A DNA stretch of 64,000 nucleotides from Octopus sinensis. Lineage: Eukaryota. Made by a program: the position numbers and the translations under genes. Below the pieces are notes generated by a model. The model did not search any database, was not told the origin of the DNA, and saw only the letters and a list, made by a program, of their open reading frames with translations. Shown in pieces: positions 52,740-64,000 of the stretch; the stretch's first letter is position 1, and each line of letters starts with the position of its first letter. The stretch spans positions 25,482,001 to 25,546,000 of the forward strand of contig NC_043015.1 of NCBI RefSeq assembly GCF_006345805.1, given 5' to 3'.

Positions 52740-53250
52740 ATAGTTTTCCATTTATAGTTATTCCCCTTGCATTTGATCACCTTCATTGCCTCCACCATTT
52801 GCTTTCAGGCAGCTTAACTTTTAGCGAAATTCTTTCATTGCTGAAGAGCCTTGCTTCATTGCAAATCAACTAGGACCTGAAATCCTAAGCAAGGAACAAA
52901 TTTCTTCTTGATAAAGGGTCATTCTAAGAACTGATTAAAACATCAAATATGTTTATATAGCCACACTGCCTATTTATTGGTGCTATGTATTCTGGAGTAT
53001 GGTATTCAAAATTAGAAATGAAGAGAAAAAAGGTTGCACGGAAAGCAAGAGTTCCACCGGTGGCTTCTGGCTCTGCTATTACATGCTTCCACTGCAACCG
53101 TGAATCTTGTGCCAATATTGGTTTAAGCTACCTCAGGACCCACAATATGAAATGTGGTTAATCTGGTAATCTTACAAACATGAAGGACAAACATCACTTA
53201 TCGATTATTGAAAATAATAGATTTCAAGGTAATGATTTACAGCTAGAAAG
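52740..53250 (-). mobile_element. Very decayed mariner-like remnant, possibly DD39D/plant-mariner type
   Basis: Fragments IDK-VMF, DF..VL.DL and KQMVEAMKVIKCKGNNYK resemble KVMFL, PDFNVLDLG and EIMKCKGGNNYK motifs; heavily interrupted. Confidence 0.35.
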
Positions 53251-54032
53251 GTTTCCTGTCAGACTTCAATTTTGTGACCCATTACAATATAGAGGGACAT
53301 GGGAGACTTTTTCTCAAACCAGAATAATCCAACAGATTATACTCTCTGGGTTATGACTAAATGGGGCTATTTTTAAGTCTCCAGCAACACTACAATTACA
53401 CCTTCTAAAACACTGTGTCCCTCTGTCTCTCTCCCTCATACTTTAATTCCCTCTCTTCCCTCTCTCTCAAACACACTCACACACTAACACCATGTTTTTT
53501 AACCTGTTTCTTATTACAGATATATTATAAATGTAAACAGAAAGAAATTAAAAACAATAAAAACCAAAAACATGAAATAATAATAAGACAAAAAACATCA
53601 TGATGAATAATTAATCCACAGAGATTGATATGAATCAGTGAGATATCACATGACAACAAATAAAAAAAAACAAGGACAATCAGCAATGAGAGAACAATAG
53701 GATATATTCTGCTTCAAGGGAGACACATTTTAGTCATTGAAAAACTCACAGAAATTGTTAAATTTATCATTAATTAATTAGTGTCAATATTTTCCTCACA
53801 CTCTCTGCAACCTGGTCACTGACACAGAAACACAGCAAAATTGTGTCAATGACCAAGTTGTAGTGAAGTTAACATTTTATTTTTTTCCTGTATGTTTTTG
53901 AATCATTAAAATGTTTTTTTCACACATCATATAGAATTGCTTTAGTTTCAGTAAGCAGCCTCAGATCTAAAAGCCTCGCTAGACAAGTACAACCCTGAAA
54001 TAAAAGGAATTTCCTTTCAAAATGTCTCCTAC

Positions 54033-54179
54033 CTCATCCATATTGATTTTTTCCCTAATTGCTTTTTTCTCTTTATCCATTCTGGCAATCTCCTGATTTA
54101 ATCTTTCCTTTTGTGCAACAGTGACCTTGATTAAATGGTTTTCTGTTTCATTCTCCTTTATTACAGCCAATATGAGATC
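54033..54179 (-). CDS. CCDC39: CCDC39-like internal coding exon (equivalent to human exon 3), 49 codons: DLILAVIKENETENHLIKVTVAQKERLNQEIARMDKEKKAIREKINMDE
   Basis: Seen: acceptor ttccttattcttcttcatcag|GAT, donor GAG|gtagga, 147 nt open, phase 0/0, joins in frame to the 56337-56456 exon across a 2157-bp GT-AG intron. Recalled: human aa 71-119 [49 protein letters not shown] has the same length and ends at the c.357 boundary. Confidence 0.85.
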
Positions 54180-54294
54180 CTGATGAAGAAGAATAAGGAA
54201 GATTAAAACAAATGACAAAAATAATTCTACAACAGGCACAAGGCTTGAAATATGTGCATGTGTGGGGACAAGGAGGAGGAGGAAGAGGAGGATA

Positions 54295-54640
54295 GTCAAT
54301 TATTTTAAGCCCTGCACTCAACGTGTACTTTATTTCATTGACCCTGAAAGGATAAAGGGGAAAGCCAAGCTCAGTAGAATTTGAACCCAGGACATGAAGA
54401 GTCAGAAGAAATGCTTCTAACGATTCTACCACCTCACCATCTTGAATTGACAGATTTTCTGGAGCCTTGGAAAGTTACCAGGTGGCATTTGTTCTGGTTC
54501 TTTACATTCTGAGTTCTAACCCAGCCAAGGTTGACTTTGATACTTTATTTCCTTAATCCTAAAATGATGAAGGGCAGTCAAGTGCTAGCATTGATGTAAT
54601 CTACTGACCTCCACTCCTCAAAATTGATAGCCTTATGCCT
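54295..54640. mobile_element. Inverted (head-to-head) pair of family C copies in CCDC39 intron 2
   Basis: 54295-54440 is minus (attgaccctgaaaggataaa...gaatttgaacccag); 54460-54640 is plus (ttctgagttctaacccagccaaggttgacttt). Confidence 0.65.
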
Positions 54641-54849
54641 GGAGGGTCACATCTCTGACATCCTCCCCCACCATTTTTCTCTTTTAAACCTTTCTATGCT
54701 ATGCATTTGTCCCTATTTTTCAGTATACACAGTCTAAACTTTCTTTCATTTTTTTTTATCATATGTAAACCCCCTCATTTTATGCCTGTCTTTGTATTGT
54801 CCCCCTAATGGCAAATAAATGAAATCATTATTATTATTATTATTATTGC

Positions 54850-55060
54850 TGTTATTTTGAAAAACTCTCTCAAATACTTTTTAACTAGCAGTTATTCTTT
54901 ACTTGAAAGCAGGCAATAACAAATCACCAAAGGTTTCAAGTAATGCCTTCTCATGTGACTCAAAGAGATAATACCCACCTTAGAATGCGAGCTGTACCCA
55001 ACAATGTTGTCTTCAGGATCTCTTCGAGCCTGACAGCAGCTCCAATATTCTTAATATTTT
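54850..55060 (-). mobile_element. Second copy of the same RLE LINE 3' end
   Basis: Reverse complement closely matches 37840-37995 (aagaatattggagctgctgtcaggctc...cctgctttcaag). Confidence 0.8.
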
Positions 55061-55073
55061 TATTATTATTATT

Positions 55074-55233
55074 ATTTTATTGTATCTGGGGAGAGTCGTT
55101 CTCTGTTAGTACCCTATTACTTAACACACCAGTTTGATTTAAATAAATAAGTAAATGAGTGGAAATTGAATCGTTGAGTGTGTTAAGTAATAAGGCACTA
55201 AAAGATAATGACACTCCCCAGACACAATAAAAT
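55074..55233. mobile_element. MITE-like fold-back element with ~55-bp imperfect terminal inverted repeats
   Basis: Left arm attttattgtatctggggagagtcgttctctgttagtaccctattacttaacacac; reverse complement of right arm attttattgtgtctggggagtgtcattatcttttagtgccttattacttaacacac. Confidence 0.75.
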
Positions 55234-55272
55234 ATGTTTCAACACACGTCTTCACATAAAGAATCTTGCAAA

Positions 55273-55388
55273 TGATACAGTCAATTCATCACATATGCAA
55301 ATAATAATAATAATAATTTCGTTTTTGTATTTACGAAAACGAAATTATTATTATTATTATTTGCATATGTGATGAATTGACTGTATCA
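55273..55388. repeat. Near-perfect 116-bp palindrome (53-bp perfect arms)
   Basis: tgatacagtcaattcatcacatatgcaaataataataataataatttcgtttt (55273-55325) is the exact reverse complement of 55336-55388. Confidence 0.95.
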
Positions 55389-55664
55389 TCAGAAAAAAGA
55401 AATGCCTGGTAATATTTCTTCCAGCGCTTTCCACTTTGGCTTCCAGTCCCACCTAGATCAATATTGCTTTTCATCCTTTGAAGGCTGATAAAATAAGGTA
55501 CCAGCAAAATACTGGGGCCATTCATACTGGGAAAACTCTCAAAATTGCAGTCAATAACAGAAAGAGATGTCAGTGAAATGTTACTGCTATTTCTAGCAAG
55601 TCCAACAACTGTATAAAGTGTCCTTTGTTTTTGCACATTAAGATGAATTCATAAATGAAAAATC

Positions 55665-56030
55665 TGAGGGTCTTCTATCTTTGCTATGGGAGCAAAAGTA
55701 GGATAATTACAGCTAAGGTGGAACACAGAATTCAGACGTTAGAGAACAAGACTGTGAAAATGCTGTTACACATCTCATGGACAAAATTTGAGACAAACAA
55801 CTTGTTGGGACAACAAATCATCAAATATGTTGGTGGAAAAGAAGCTTTCCTTGCTAGAATGAAACACTGAACTCTCTCTTGGTACAGATATCCTCAGATA
55901 ATTCTATGTCTAAAAAAACATTCTCCGTGACAGCTGAATGAAATTGAAGGAAAAGATACAGAAAATCTTGATTTGCTGACCTCAGGAACTGGACTGAGTT
56001 TAAAAGTCCCATCCTTCTTTATGTGATGTA
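55665..56030 (+). mobile_element. RTE (BovB-like) LINE ORF2 C-terminal remnant
   Basis: LCYGSKSRIITAKVEHRIQTLENKTVKMLLHISWTKFETN...RMKH*TLSWY resembles LLYGCETWTLTADLERRIQAFENKCYRRML.IS...RKLSWYGH. Confidence 0.65.
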
Positions 56031-56336
56031 GGACAGGAATCAGTGATGATTACTGATTGACAGAATCTCAAAAATGTCCCCCTACTCCACCCAATAATTG
56101 GTATCAATCACAAGAAATGGAAATCTATGAATCCATTCGATTATTCGTTTTTATGTCGTTTTTCATGCTAGCATAGGTTAGACAAACATATTAAGGTGGC
56201 ATTGTTTTACAGTACAACTGGATGCCCTTCCTGCTTCTAACCCTTAGGTACTTAATCAGGGAACACAAAACCAAAGCAAACTTTTGTTGTGGAGGTTTCT
56301 AAAAGTTTAATCATGTAAACTGAAATCAGAGCTAAC

Positions 56337-56456
56337 CTGAGTGTTCTGGAGTTCTTGTTCCACATTCTTCTTATGTTGGGACATAGAATACATTCTTTCT
56401 TGAAGTTCATCAAATTCCTTTTTCTTACTCTTCACCTCCTGCTTTATCTGAAATAC
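56337..56456 (-). CDS. CCDC39: CCDC39-like internal coding exon (equivalent to human exon 2), 40 codons: VFQIKQEVKSKKKEFDELQERMYSMSQHKKNVEQELQNTQ
   Basis: Seen: acceptor ttttttctcatttcag|GTA, donor CAG|gttagc, 120 nt open, phase 0/0. Recalled: human CCDC39 aa 31-70 [40 protein letters not shown] aligns without gaps (E-R..SM..H.KNV.QEL..TQ). Confidence 0.88.
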
Positions 56457-56601
56457 CTGAAATGAGAAAAAATGGTAGAATGTTAAGAAACAAGAAACAA
56501 GTCCTCCTGTAGTATTTAACACTATGGTTTTGTTTTAATGGTTGTTTATACGCACAAAGTTAACCTTGGCAGAAGTTCGTCTTACTGTGCTCTAGTAGTC
56601 C

Positions 56602-56636
<35 letters not shown>

Positions 56637-56654
56637 TTAATAACAACAACAACA

Positions 56655-57100
56655 ACAGTCCCTTCTGCTATAGGCACAAGGCCAGACATTTTGCAGAAGG
56701 ATTTAGCTGACTAAATCAGTCTCACTACTCAACTACTATTTAATATTCAAAATCCCAAAAAGATGATTGACTAAGTTGGTCTTGGTGAATTTGAACTGCA
56801 ATGATCCAGAAGAAATACCACATAGCATTTTGGTTGGCATTCTAATGATGTTTCCAACCCACTGCTCTGTTTTGTAATAGAAATATTAAAATTAATAATA
56901 ATTTTATCTACTATGGACACAAGGCCTTATATTTTGTGGTGTAGGGGTACATTGATTACATCGACCTCAGTGGCTGTCTGGTATTTATTCTGTTGATCTT
57001 GAATGGTTGGAAAGCACAATGACCTTGTTGGAATTTGAACTCAGAATGTAAAGACAGACGAATGCTGTTATGCATTTTAAGTCACTAATGATTTTTACGA
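56655..57100 (-). mobile_element. Two head-to-tail minus-strand family C copies after an (AAT)n tract
   Basis: ataggcacaaggcc...gaatttgaact occurs twice (near 56790 and 57035). Confidence 0.7.
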
Positions 57101-57189
57101 GATTGCAAGTTTAAAGATAATAATAAAAACAAGAGCACTGACAGAACACAAACCTCCACCAAGACAACATCAACATTCTCTCAAAGATT

Positions 57190-57505
57190 AGCCAGAGATG
57201 ATTTTTAAAACGAGAATATCTGAAATAAACTTGACTGCTTTCACAAACGAGAATTCTAAAAATGAACCTGACCACTCCCAAAAATTAAGTACAAAACCAG
57301 GAAAAATAACCCAGAATACTTGTCTGGTAGCATGTCGACCCCAAAATCTTATCAGTTTGTGCCAGTCACGAGCCCAAACATCCCTGAAAGTTTCATCTGA
57401 ATCCATTTAGTAGTTCTTCTGACATCTTGTCCATAGACAAACAAACAAACACACAAACACAACTGAAAATAATACCTCCGCCTTCGCTAAGGTGGAGGTA
57501 CTGAT
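57190..57505 (-). mobile_element. Helentron/DINE-1-like non-autonomous element (HINE-like)
   Basis: Terminal hairpin tacctccgccttcgctaaggtggaggta, adjacent (GTTT)n on the minus strand, then a ...tggattcagatgaaactttcaggg... body. This layout is characteristic of DINE-1/HINE-type elements (recalled). Confidence 0.5.
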
Positions 57506-57529
57506 AATAATGATGATAATAATAATAAA

Positions 57530-57850
57530 GTAAAGAAAGAGGAAGAAAAACAAAAAATACAACCCCTTAAAATCTGAAATAGGAAGAATTTGGAGCATGC
57601 AAACAGTAAATGTTGTGCCTATAATATTTGGTGTGTTGGGAACAGTAAAGAAAGATATCGAAAAACAGCTGAAGGTGATTGAAATACAATGCCCGGTAGA
57701 GTTCACACAGAAAGTTTGCCTCTTGGGGTTTTTGAGCACTTGAAAAGCAGCTGAAAACTTGTGGATAGTCAAGGTTACAGGTAGTAACTCACTACCCACA
57801 TAAATTCTACCAGAAATAAGACTGAATTTGAGCCAAACACAAAATAGTAA
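57530..57850 (+). mobile_element. Divergent R4/Dong-type LINE 3' end
   Basis: PLKSEIGRIWSMQTVNVVPIIFGVLGTVKKDIEKQLKVIEIQCPVEFTQKVCLLG shows the same RLE C-terminal pattern; AAT-rich flanks. Confidence 0.7.
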
Positions 57851-58439
57851 TAATATATTATATTCATTAATAAAAAACATAGAGAGAAAACTAGAAGTTT
57901 AAATTAAAACTCAAACAAAGTTATGAAATATTTCAAAACTCAACCCCACCACAAAATTCAGAATTATTTAACTGAGAATACAAATTATTGAAACAAATTT
58001 ACTACATTTTATTTTATTATAGTCATTTTAATTTTTTTTTTGCCTCTCTTTGTGTGAGGGTATGTGTAGGTGTGAAGGCATGTGTATGCTGGAGTTTTCT
58101 TCTCCTGAAAAACAAATGCTAAAAAAATTCCCAAATGTATGGAAACCAGGATGTGTTTAAGTATAATCTGCAGAAGGTAGGAGATTATATTGTTTTCAAC
58201 AAAACATAAACTTGACAAATAGCATTATTTTTTTCTTAAGCACGAATAAAGTGGTTTGCCACAAAGATGAAAACATTATTCCATGGTGATAATGGAGCTG
58301 ACAGCTTGCATGTGTTAAGGTATAAAAGCAAAGCAACTTTACGTTTAATATAACAGTTTTAAGAACATACTCAAGCATATTATTAAACACACACACACAC
58401 ATATAAACACCACCCTGACTATGAGAATATTTTATATAT

Positions 58440-58514
58440 ACATAGAAGTGTATGTGTATATGTATATAATATATACATGCTTAAAAATATACATACATGC
58501 ATATATATATATAT

Positions 58515-58546
<32 letters not shown>

Positions 58547-58690
58547 TAAATATATATATATACATAAATATATATATACATAAATATATATATATACATA
58601 CATACATATCTATATATACATACATACACACATACATATCTATACATACATACATACATACATACATACATACATACATACATACAAACA

Positions 58691-58724
<34 letters not shown>

Positions 58725-58745
58725 CATATCTATACACACACACAG
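58440..58745. repeat. (AT)n/(CATA)n compound microsatellite
   Basis: Seen directly. Confidence 0.9.
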
Positions 58746-58747
58746 TA

Positions 58748-59050
58748 CAGAGTGCGGTGAATCAATTGTCTAAATTAAGCAAAAATGAAAATAAGACTGA
58801 CATTTTATTTTAGCAGATGCATTTACCAAAATTGCATAAAAATATCTTGAAATACGAAAGAGTAAATTTATTCAATAAAATCGCCATTGGCTTCAACCAT
58901 GGCCTCCAGACGACTTTGGAATCTCCAGCAACTCTTCTGGACAGGCTCCTTGTTTAAATTGGTGAATGCTGCCATAATCCTTGCCTTCAGTTCATCTTTG
59001 GTGTTACAAGGAGTTTTTCTGGTCTCTCACTCAACTGCGCCCAACACATA
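58748..59050 (-). mobile_element. maT/DD37D-type mariner 3' end with terminal inverted repeat
   Basis: Minus strand reads YVLGAVE*ETRKTPCNTKDELKARIMAAFTNLNKEPVQKSCWRFQSRLEAMVEANGDFIE*. It is bounded by TA plus cagagtgcggtgaatcaattg at 58746-58768 and truncated on the right by (TA)n. Confidence 0.85.
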
Positions 59051-59060
59051 TATATAATAT

Positions 59061-59106
<46 letters not shown>

Positions 59107-59936
59107 TATATATATATAATGTATATTTACATGTGTGTGTGTGTATGTGTATATATACACACACACACAAACATTTTCTAAACTCTCATGATTGAGAGAT
59201 CATGGTTTTGATTCATGAACTGAGCAGTGCATTGCATTGCATTCTTGAGCAAAACACTTCATTCCACTCAGCTGTAGATGAGTCATCCTGGAGTTCCATC
59301 CCATTCAGGGGACATGTTGTCTTCTCAGCCAAGGTAACTGGGTAACTGGCCCTTTGAGGCCCTCTGAGCTTCATGACTAAAGACAATACTTATCCATATA
59401 TCGTGTGTCCATAAAGTCTGGATGCGATTTTCAAAAAGTTTACATCAAGAAATAGTTTTCAAATGCTGCCATCACTCTATGGATACACTGTGTGTACGTA
59501 TATGCATACACACACACACATACACACATATATATATAAACATTAATGTATGTATAGAAACGGGTGTGTTTGTGTGTTAAAGCAGCAAAACCATGATGTT
59601 ATAGAAGTTTGAATAAACAGAAACACTTTAAAAACAAACTTTCCTGGAAAAAGTTATTTCTAAGATTTGTTTTTATATTTTGAACATTTCTGAAAACAAA
59701 ACAAAGCTCAATGTGCTTCGTGTTGTTACTTGATTTGGGAAAGCAAATAAAAGAATTCACTTATTATACATGTGTATACATGTGCATATATATGTGTGTG
59801 TGTGTGTGTGTTTATATGTACATAGGTGTATGTGTGTATGAAACTGCATTTCCTAAGTTACAATATAGTTCTTAGTTGTGATAAAGCGTAAATTAAATAG
59901 AAGCATACACAAGAGTTTGTATGCATGCATGCTCAA

Positions 59937-59976
<40 letters not shown>

Positions 59977-60489
59977 GGTGTATTATTTGTATGCGTTATA
60001 TGCACACATGTATAATATCAACATAGGCATACATGTATCTCAAAGATATCAGTAATGAATCCTTTTTATTTTGATAATAATAAAGTATACAAATACACAT
60101 GTCTATCAAAATAAGACCTAGAAACCTGTTCCTGAAGCCATTACACCTAAAAAGATAACTAATGCCTCTTATTTTCACAAAGATTCTAATCTGGGGTAAA
60201 TTTAATTTTCAGGTATTTTTGTTTCTGTTCATTTAATGGCTTTTTTTTAATGTTTTGTGTTTTCCATTCAAATCTCTTGTAAACAGAGAATGAAGATATA
60301 AGAAGTGGATGCTCTTGTAAACCAATCCAATATCACAGATTTGTATTGAGGGGAAAAAAAAACTCGAGGAAGAGAATTAAAGAGCCAGGGAAGGCCAACA
60401 ATCATTGACACGACCATAAAACTTGAAACCCTAACAAACCTCCTGTTTGTGTTAATATCTAGTCATCTACTGGTTGGCAAATAGGAAGC

Positions 60490-60740
60490 CTCACTAGTTT
60501 ATATGGATGTAAGTACATATGTTTGGATAAATGTGGGTATATGTGCTACTGTACACACACATATGTATATATTTACATATATACATATACACTTGTATAC
60601 ATACATATATCCATACACAGAAGTATGTGCATGCACAAATGTATATGTTTATACATATATGCATATAGATATACATATATATATATATACAAACACCAAT
60701 ATATGTATATATACAAGCATGCACATATATGTACACAGAG

Positions 60741-60807
<67 letters not shown>

Positions 60808-60963
60808 ATATATACATATATAAATATACACACACAATTATATGCATGAAAAAGTGTATATGTTTGAGTGTGTATGTATATATATATACACAGACACATT
60901 CACATACATATATGTATGTATATACACACAAACACCCATATATATATATATAATATATATATA

Positions 60964-60996
<33 letters not shown>

Positions 60997-61090
60997 ATAT
61001 GCATACATATTCACATACATCAAACCACACACATCTATATCTACATGCACACAAATGTATCTTTACATACACACACACGTATGTGTGTTT
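60490..61090. repeat. Long degenerate (AT)/(AC) microsatellite field
   Basis: Seen directly; source of the 237-aa low-complexity ORF. Confidence 0.9.
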
Positions 61091-61621
61091 AGATATATAC
61101 ACATTATAGAGCTGCGTAAGAAATGTCAGATATTCTGAACCTCTCACTGTCAAACATCTATAATAATAATAATGATAATAATAATAACAACAACAACAAA
61201 TATTCATTAAGAAGACAATTAATATAAAAAATAGAACAAGTTCTAATGATAGAAAAGCACTGGAACAAAAATGTAAAAAGTAAAGTCAGAACATAAAAGA
61301 TTTCCATAATAACAACAACAATTATAACTACTACATATGTTTTGAAATGATAACACAGTAACAGATTACTCTATCACCTTTTAAATTTAAGTTTTGAAAC
61401 AAATGGTTAAGGAAAAAATAAAACAAAAGTGTAAAAAAGAAAAATAACAAGAGCAAAAGTTAAAATAAATAATGAAAGTTTCTGAGTGAGAAAATTTGAA
61501 AGCTTGTTGAATGGTTGCAGATTAGGTTTTACCTATCATTTTGACAGAGGTTGGTGGTGCCAGGGCTTGTGCCAGTTTGTAATGTTATCAGAAATATTTT
61601 AATAAGATATAGTTTAATACT

Positions 61622-61689
<68 letters not shown>

Positions 61690-62871
61690 TTTATATATGT
61701 GTGTGTGTGTATATATGAATTTATAACAATGAATATATAACAATGCATACATATACATGTGTATATATAATATATAGATATATAATTTTGAATACACACA
61801 CACATCTGCACACACATTTCCAACAGCTACAATAAAAATGGCTTGTGATTTTGTCATTTACAAATTTTACAATAACTTTTTAAGTTACAAACTCTTTTTA
61901 CATTTTTTGTTAGTTATTTTTTGCAATATGTTTTTGCCACATTATTTTCCATATATATATATATATATATATGCAACAACAGAGGGGGAAAAAAATCAAA
62001 AATTTCCTTTCATTTTTGTATTTCATTTAGTTGGTTTTGGTTTTCAAGAAATATATTTCTGTATTCATGTGTCTGTTTTAAAATATTATTCAGTATTCAA
62101 GGAATACATTTATCACACCATATGCTATAGTTTTCTTATCAGCTGAAACAAATTATTTATATTCTATTTCTTCAAACTCATCATCAACATGGGTTGTAGA
62201 ATGTCTTGATTTCTTTAAGTGACAATAAAAAAAAAAAGGAATTAATACAATCTCTCAAGGAGGTAAGTAAAGACAAAGCTAAACAAGTGACGAGTGGTTC
62301 CATTCTTGCTGAAGCTAAGTTGCTTATTTCTTTGAACTGACAAATATTGTATTTTCTGGCATACAAGGCATTGTGGTATTTTGTGCAAAGATTCAAGCAT
62401 TGTCACTGTCTTTACAAATTTTGCTATATTTCACATGGAATTTTTGGTCTGCCAAAGTCAGTTTGGTGTATAGGTCAACCTACCTGTTTTAATGGTAAAT
62501 TGGGGTCTGAGATATCCAACTTGTAAATTGGAAAATACGATACAAAATATTAACTGTCTTATTTGCCTAAACGAACCTGTACAGTCTTCACACTGAAACA
62601 CTCCCAGTATATATTGAAGACGCTTTCATTACTAATGACTCATCAAATATTGCACGCTTTATGTGACATTGGCATATTCTTCCTTCATAATATATATTTT
62701 ATTTTTTATCCATACCAGTCACAGGACTGAGGCCCTGATGGAGCAGAGTCTTGAAGGATTTAGTCAAACAAACTGATCTGCATTACTTATCTAAGTCTCT
62801 TGTTGAAGCACTAAACTACAAGTATGTAACAAAATTATCATCAAGTGCTTGGGGGAATGTGATTATGTATA

Positions 62872-63060
62872 TCATCTTCATCATCATCATTTAGTGTCTG
62901 TTTTCTATGCTGGCATGGGTTCTCCAGTTTGACTGAAAACTGGTAAGCTGGAGAGCTGAACCAGGCCCCATCTGATTTTGGTTTGGCTTCTACATCTGGA
63001 TGCCCTTCCTAATGCCAACCACTCCATAGAGTGTAGTGGAAGACTTTTATGTGTCCCCAG
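62872..63060 (-). mobile_element. Family A copy
   Basis: catcatcatcatttagtgtctgttttctatgctggcatggg...tggatgcccttcctaatgccaaccactcc. Confidence 0.75.
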
Positions 63061-64000
63061 GGTGTACACACACACACAGATACATAACAGTTTCTACCCA
63101 GCTTCCATCAACCAACTTCAATGGGATTGAACCTGAAATCAAGTGGTTGCAAAGCAGGTTCTTCCCCACCCAACTATTTTTTATATAAGAACTGAAGATT
63201 TTGTGAGCAGAGTTAACGAGTAAGTTATAACATTCTACTTGACTTACTTGAAAAAGCAGCTAAGATCCCTACACAGATTAGTGGCTGGACTATATATCTC
63301 TGGATAGATTATTGTATAGAATTATGGAAGAGGTGTAGAGTAAATGGTTCTGAGTTGTCTTTTGAAGGATTTGATTTAAAAACCATTAAAACTGAAACAA
63401 TGAATTTGGATTCAATAAAATAAAGTGAATTTAACAGCTTTGTACTTCAATGAGTGGCTCTTTCACAGTATGGTCATTATTTAAAGATGTCTTTGAGTTA
63501 TGTCATTAACTTAAGGACATTTCTTTAATGCAGAAAATGAGCAAACCAAGCTGAATGCTAAAACAAAAAAGAAAAAAATCAGTTTGGCTCCACATTGTTC
63601 TGAATTATTCAAATCCTGAAGAAAACTGAGTGAGCTTTCTGTTCAAACAGGCCACAAAGCAAAAATGCACACACACACACACACCTACATCTACCCACCA
63701 ACTATTCCTGTGAGGATCATTGGGGTAGAATTACTCCTGTATGGGTTAGTATCAGAAGTAACCATCATTAGACTTTCAAGCTGGATTCCCAAGTGGGACC
63801 AACTAAGGCTATGGACATTCTTATCCAACTGTCTTGCTCTTGGTTTACCCTTGGTCTCCTGTCAATTAACTCGGTTTGAGGAATCTGTTTTGTGCCACAG
63901 CTGTGACCCCTCAATGCAGAGCAGTACCAGCTCAACCTGGTGAGACCCCTAGGTCTCTGAGCTATGCACCGTTTTGGGAAACACTGCTCCAGAGATCCTT

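Noticed and set aside
59402-59490. Short imperfect inverted repeat (cgtgtgtccataaagt ... actctatggatacactg), possible mini-MITE
   Set aside because: Arms are only ~16 bp with mismatches and there is a single copy here; insufficient evidence.
56457-64000. Search for CCDC39 exon 1 and promoter (PVANEENK-like peptide); strong plus-strand donor GGAG|gtaagt near 62260
   Set aside because: No convincing exon-1 peptide found, and the isolated donor has no supported upstream exon.

Overview
This is AT-rich eukaryotic (animal) DNA dense in microsatellites and interspersed repeats. The repeat families resemble those I recall from Octopus, so the source is probably a coleoid cephalopod (inference, not verified). 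The only host gene I can support is a CCDC39-like gene (ciliary 96-nm ruler protein) on the minus strand. Two phase-0 exons are visible (56337-56456, 120 nt; 54033-54179, 147 nt), matching human CCDC39 exons 2 and 3 in length and peptide. I found no exon 1 and no exon 4 or later, so positions 1-54032 appear to be one intron of at least 54 kb, or the gene is a truncated fragment. That interval holds decayed Tc1/mariner, maT and pogo/Tigger transposons, RTE and restriction-like-endonuclease (R4/Dong-type) LINE 3' ends, at least three SINE-like families, several fold-back elements and two minisatellites. It also holds a ~6 kb satellite (24247-30225) of 37-38 bp units with higher-order repeats. 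Each unit reads on the plus strand as GT-branchpoint-polypyrimidine-CAG, a back-to-back AG|GT splice module; this is the most unusual feature. Nearly all ORFs in the supplied track are microsatellite or satellite artefacts. All family and homology calls come from reading and memory, not database searches, and interspersed-repeat boundaries are approximate.
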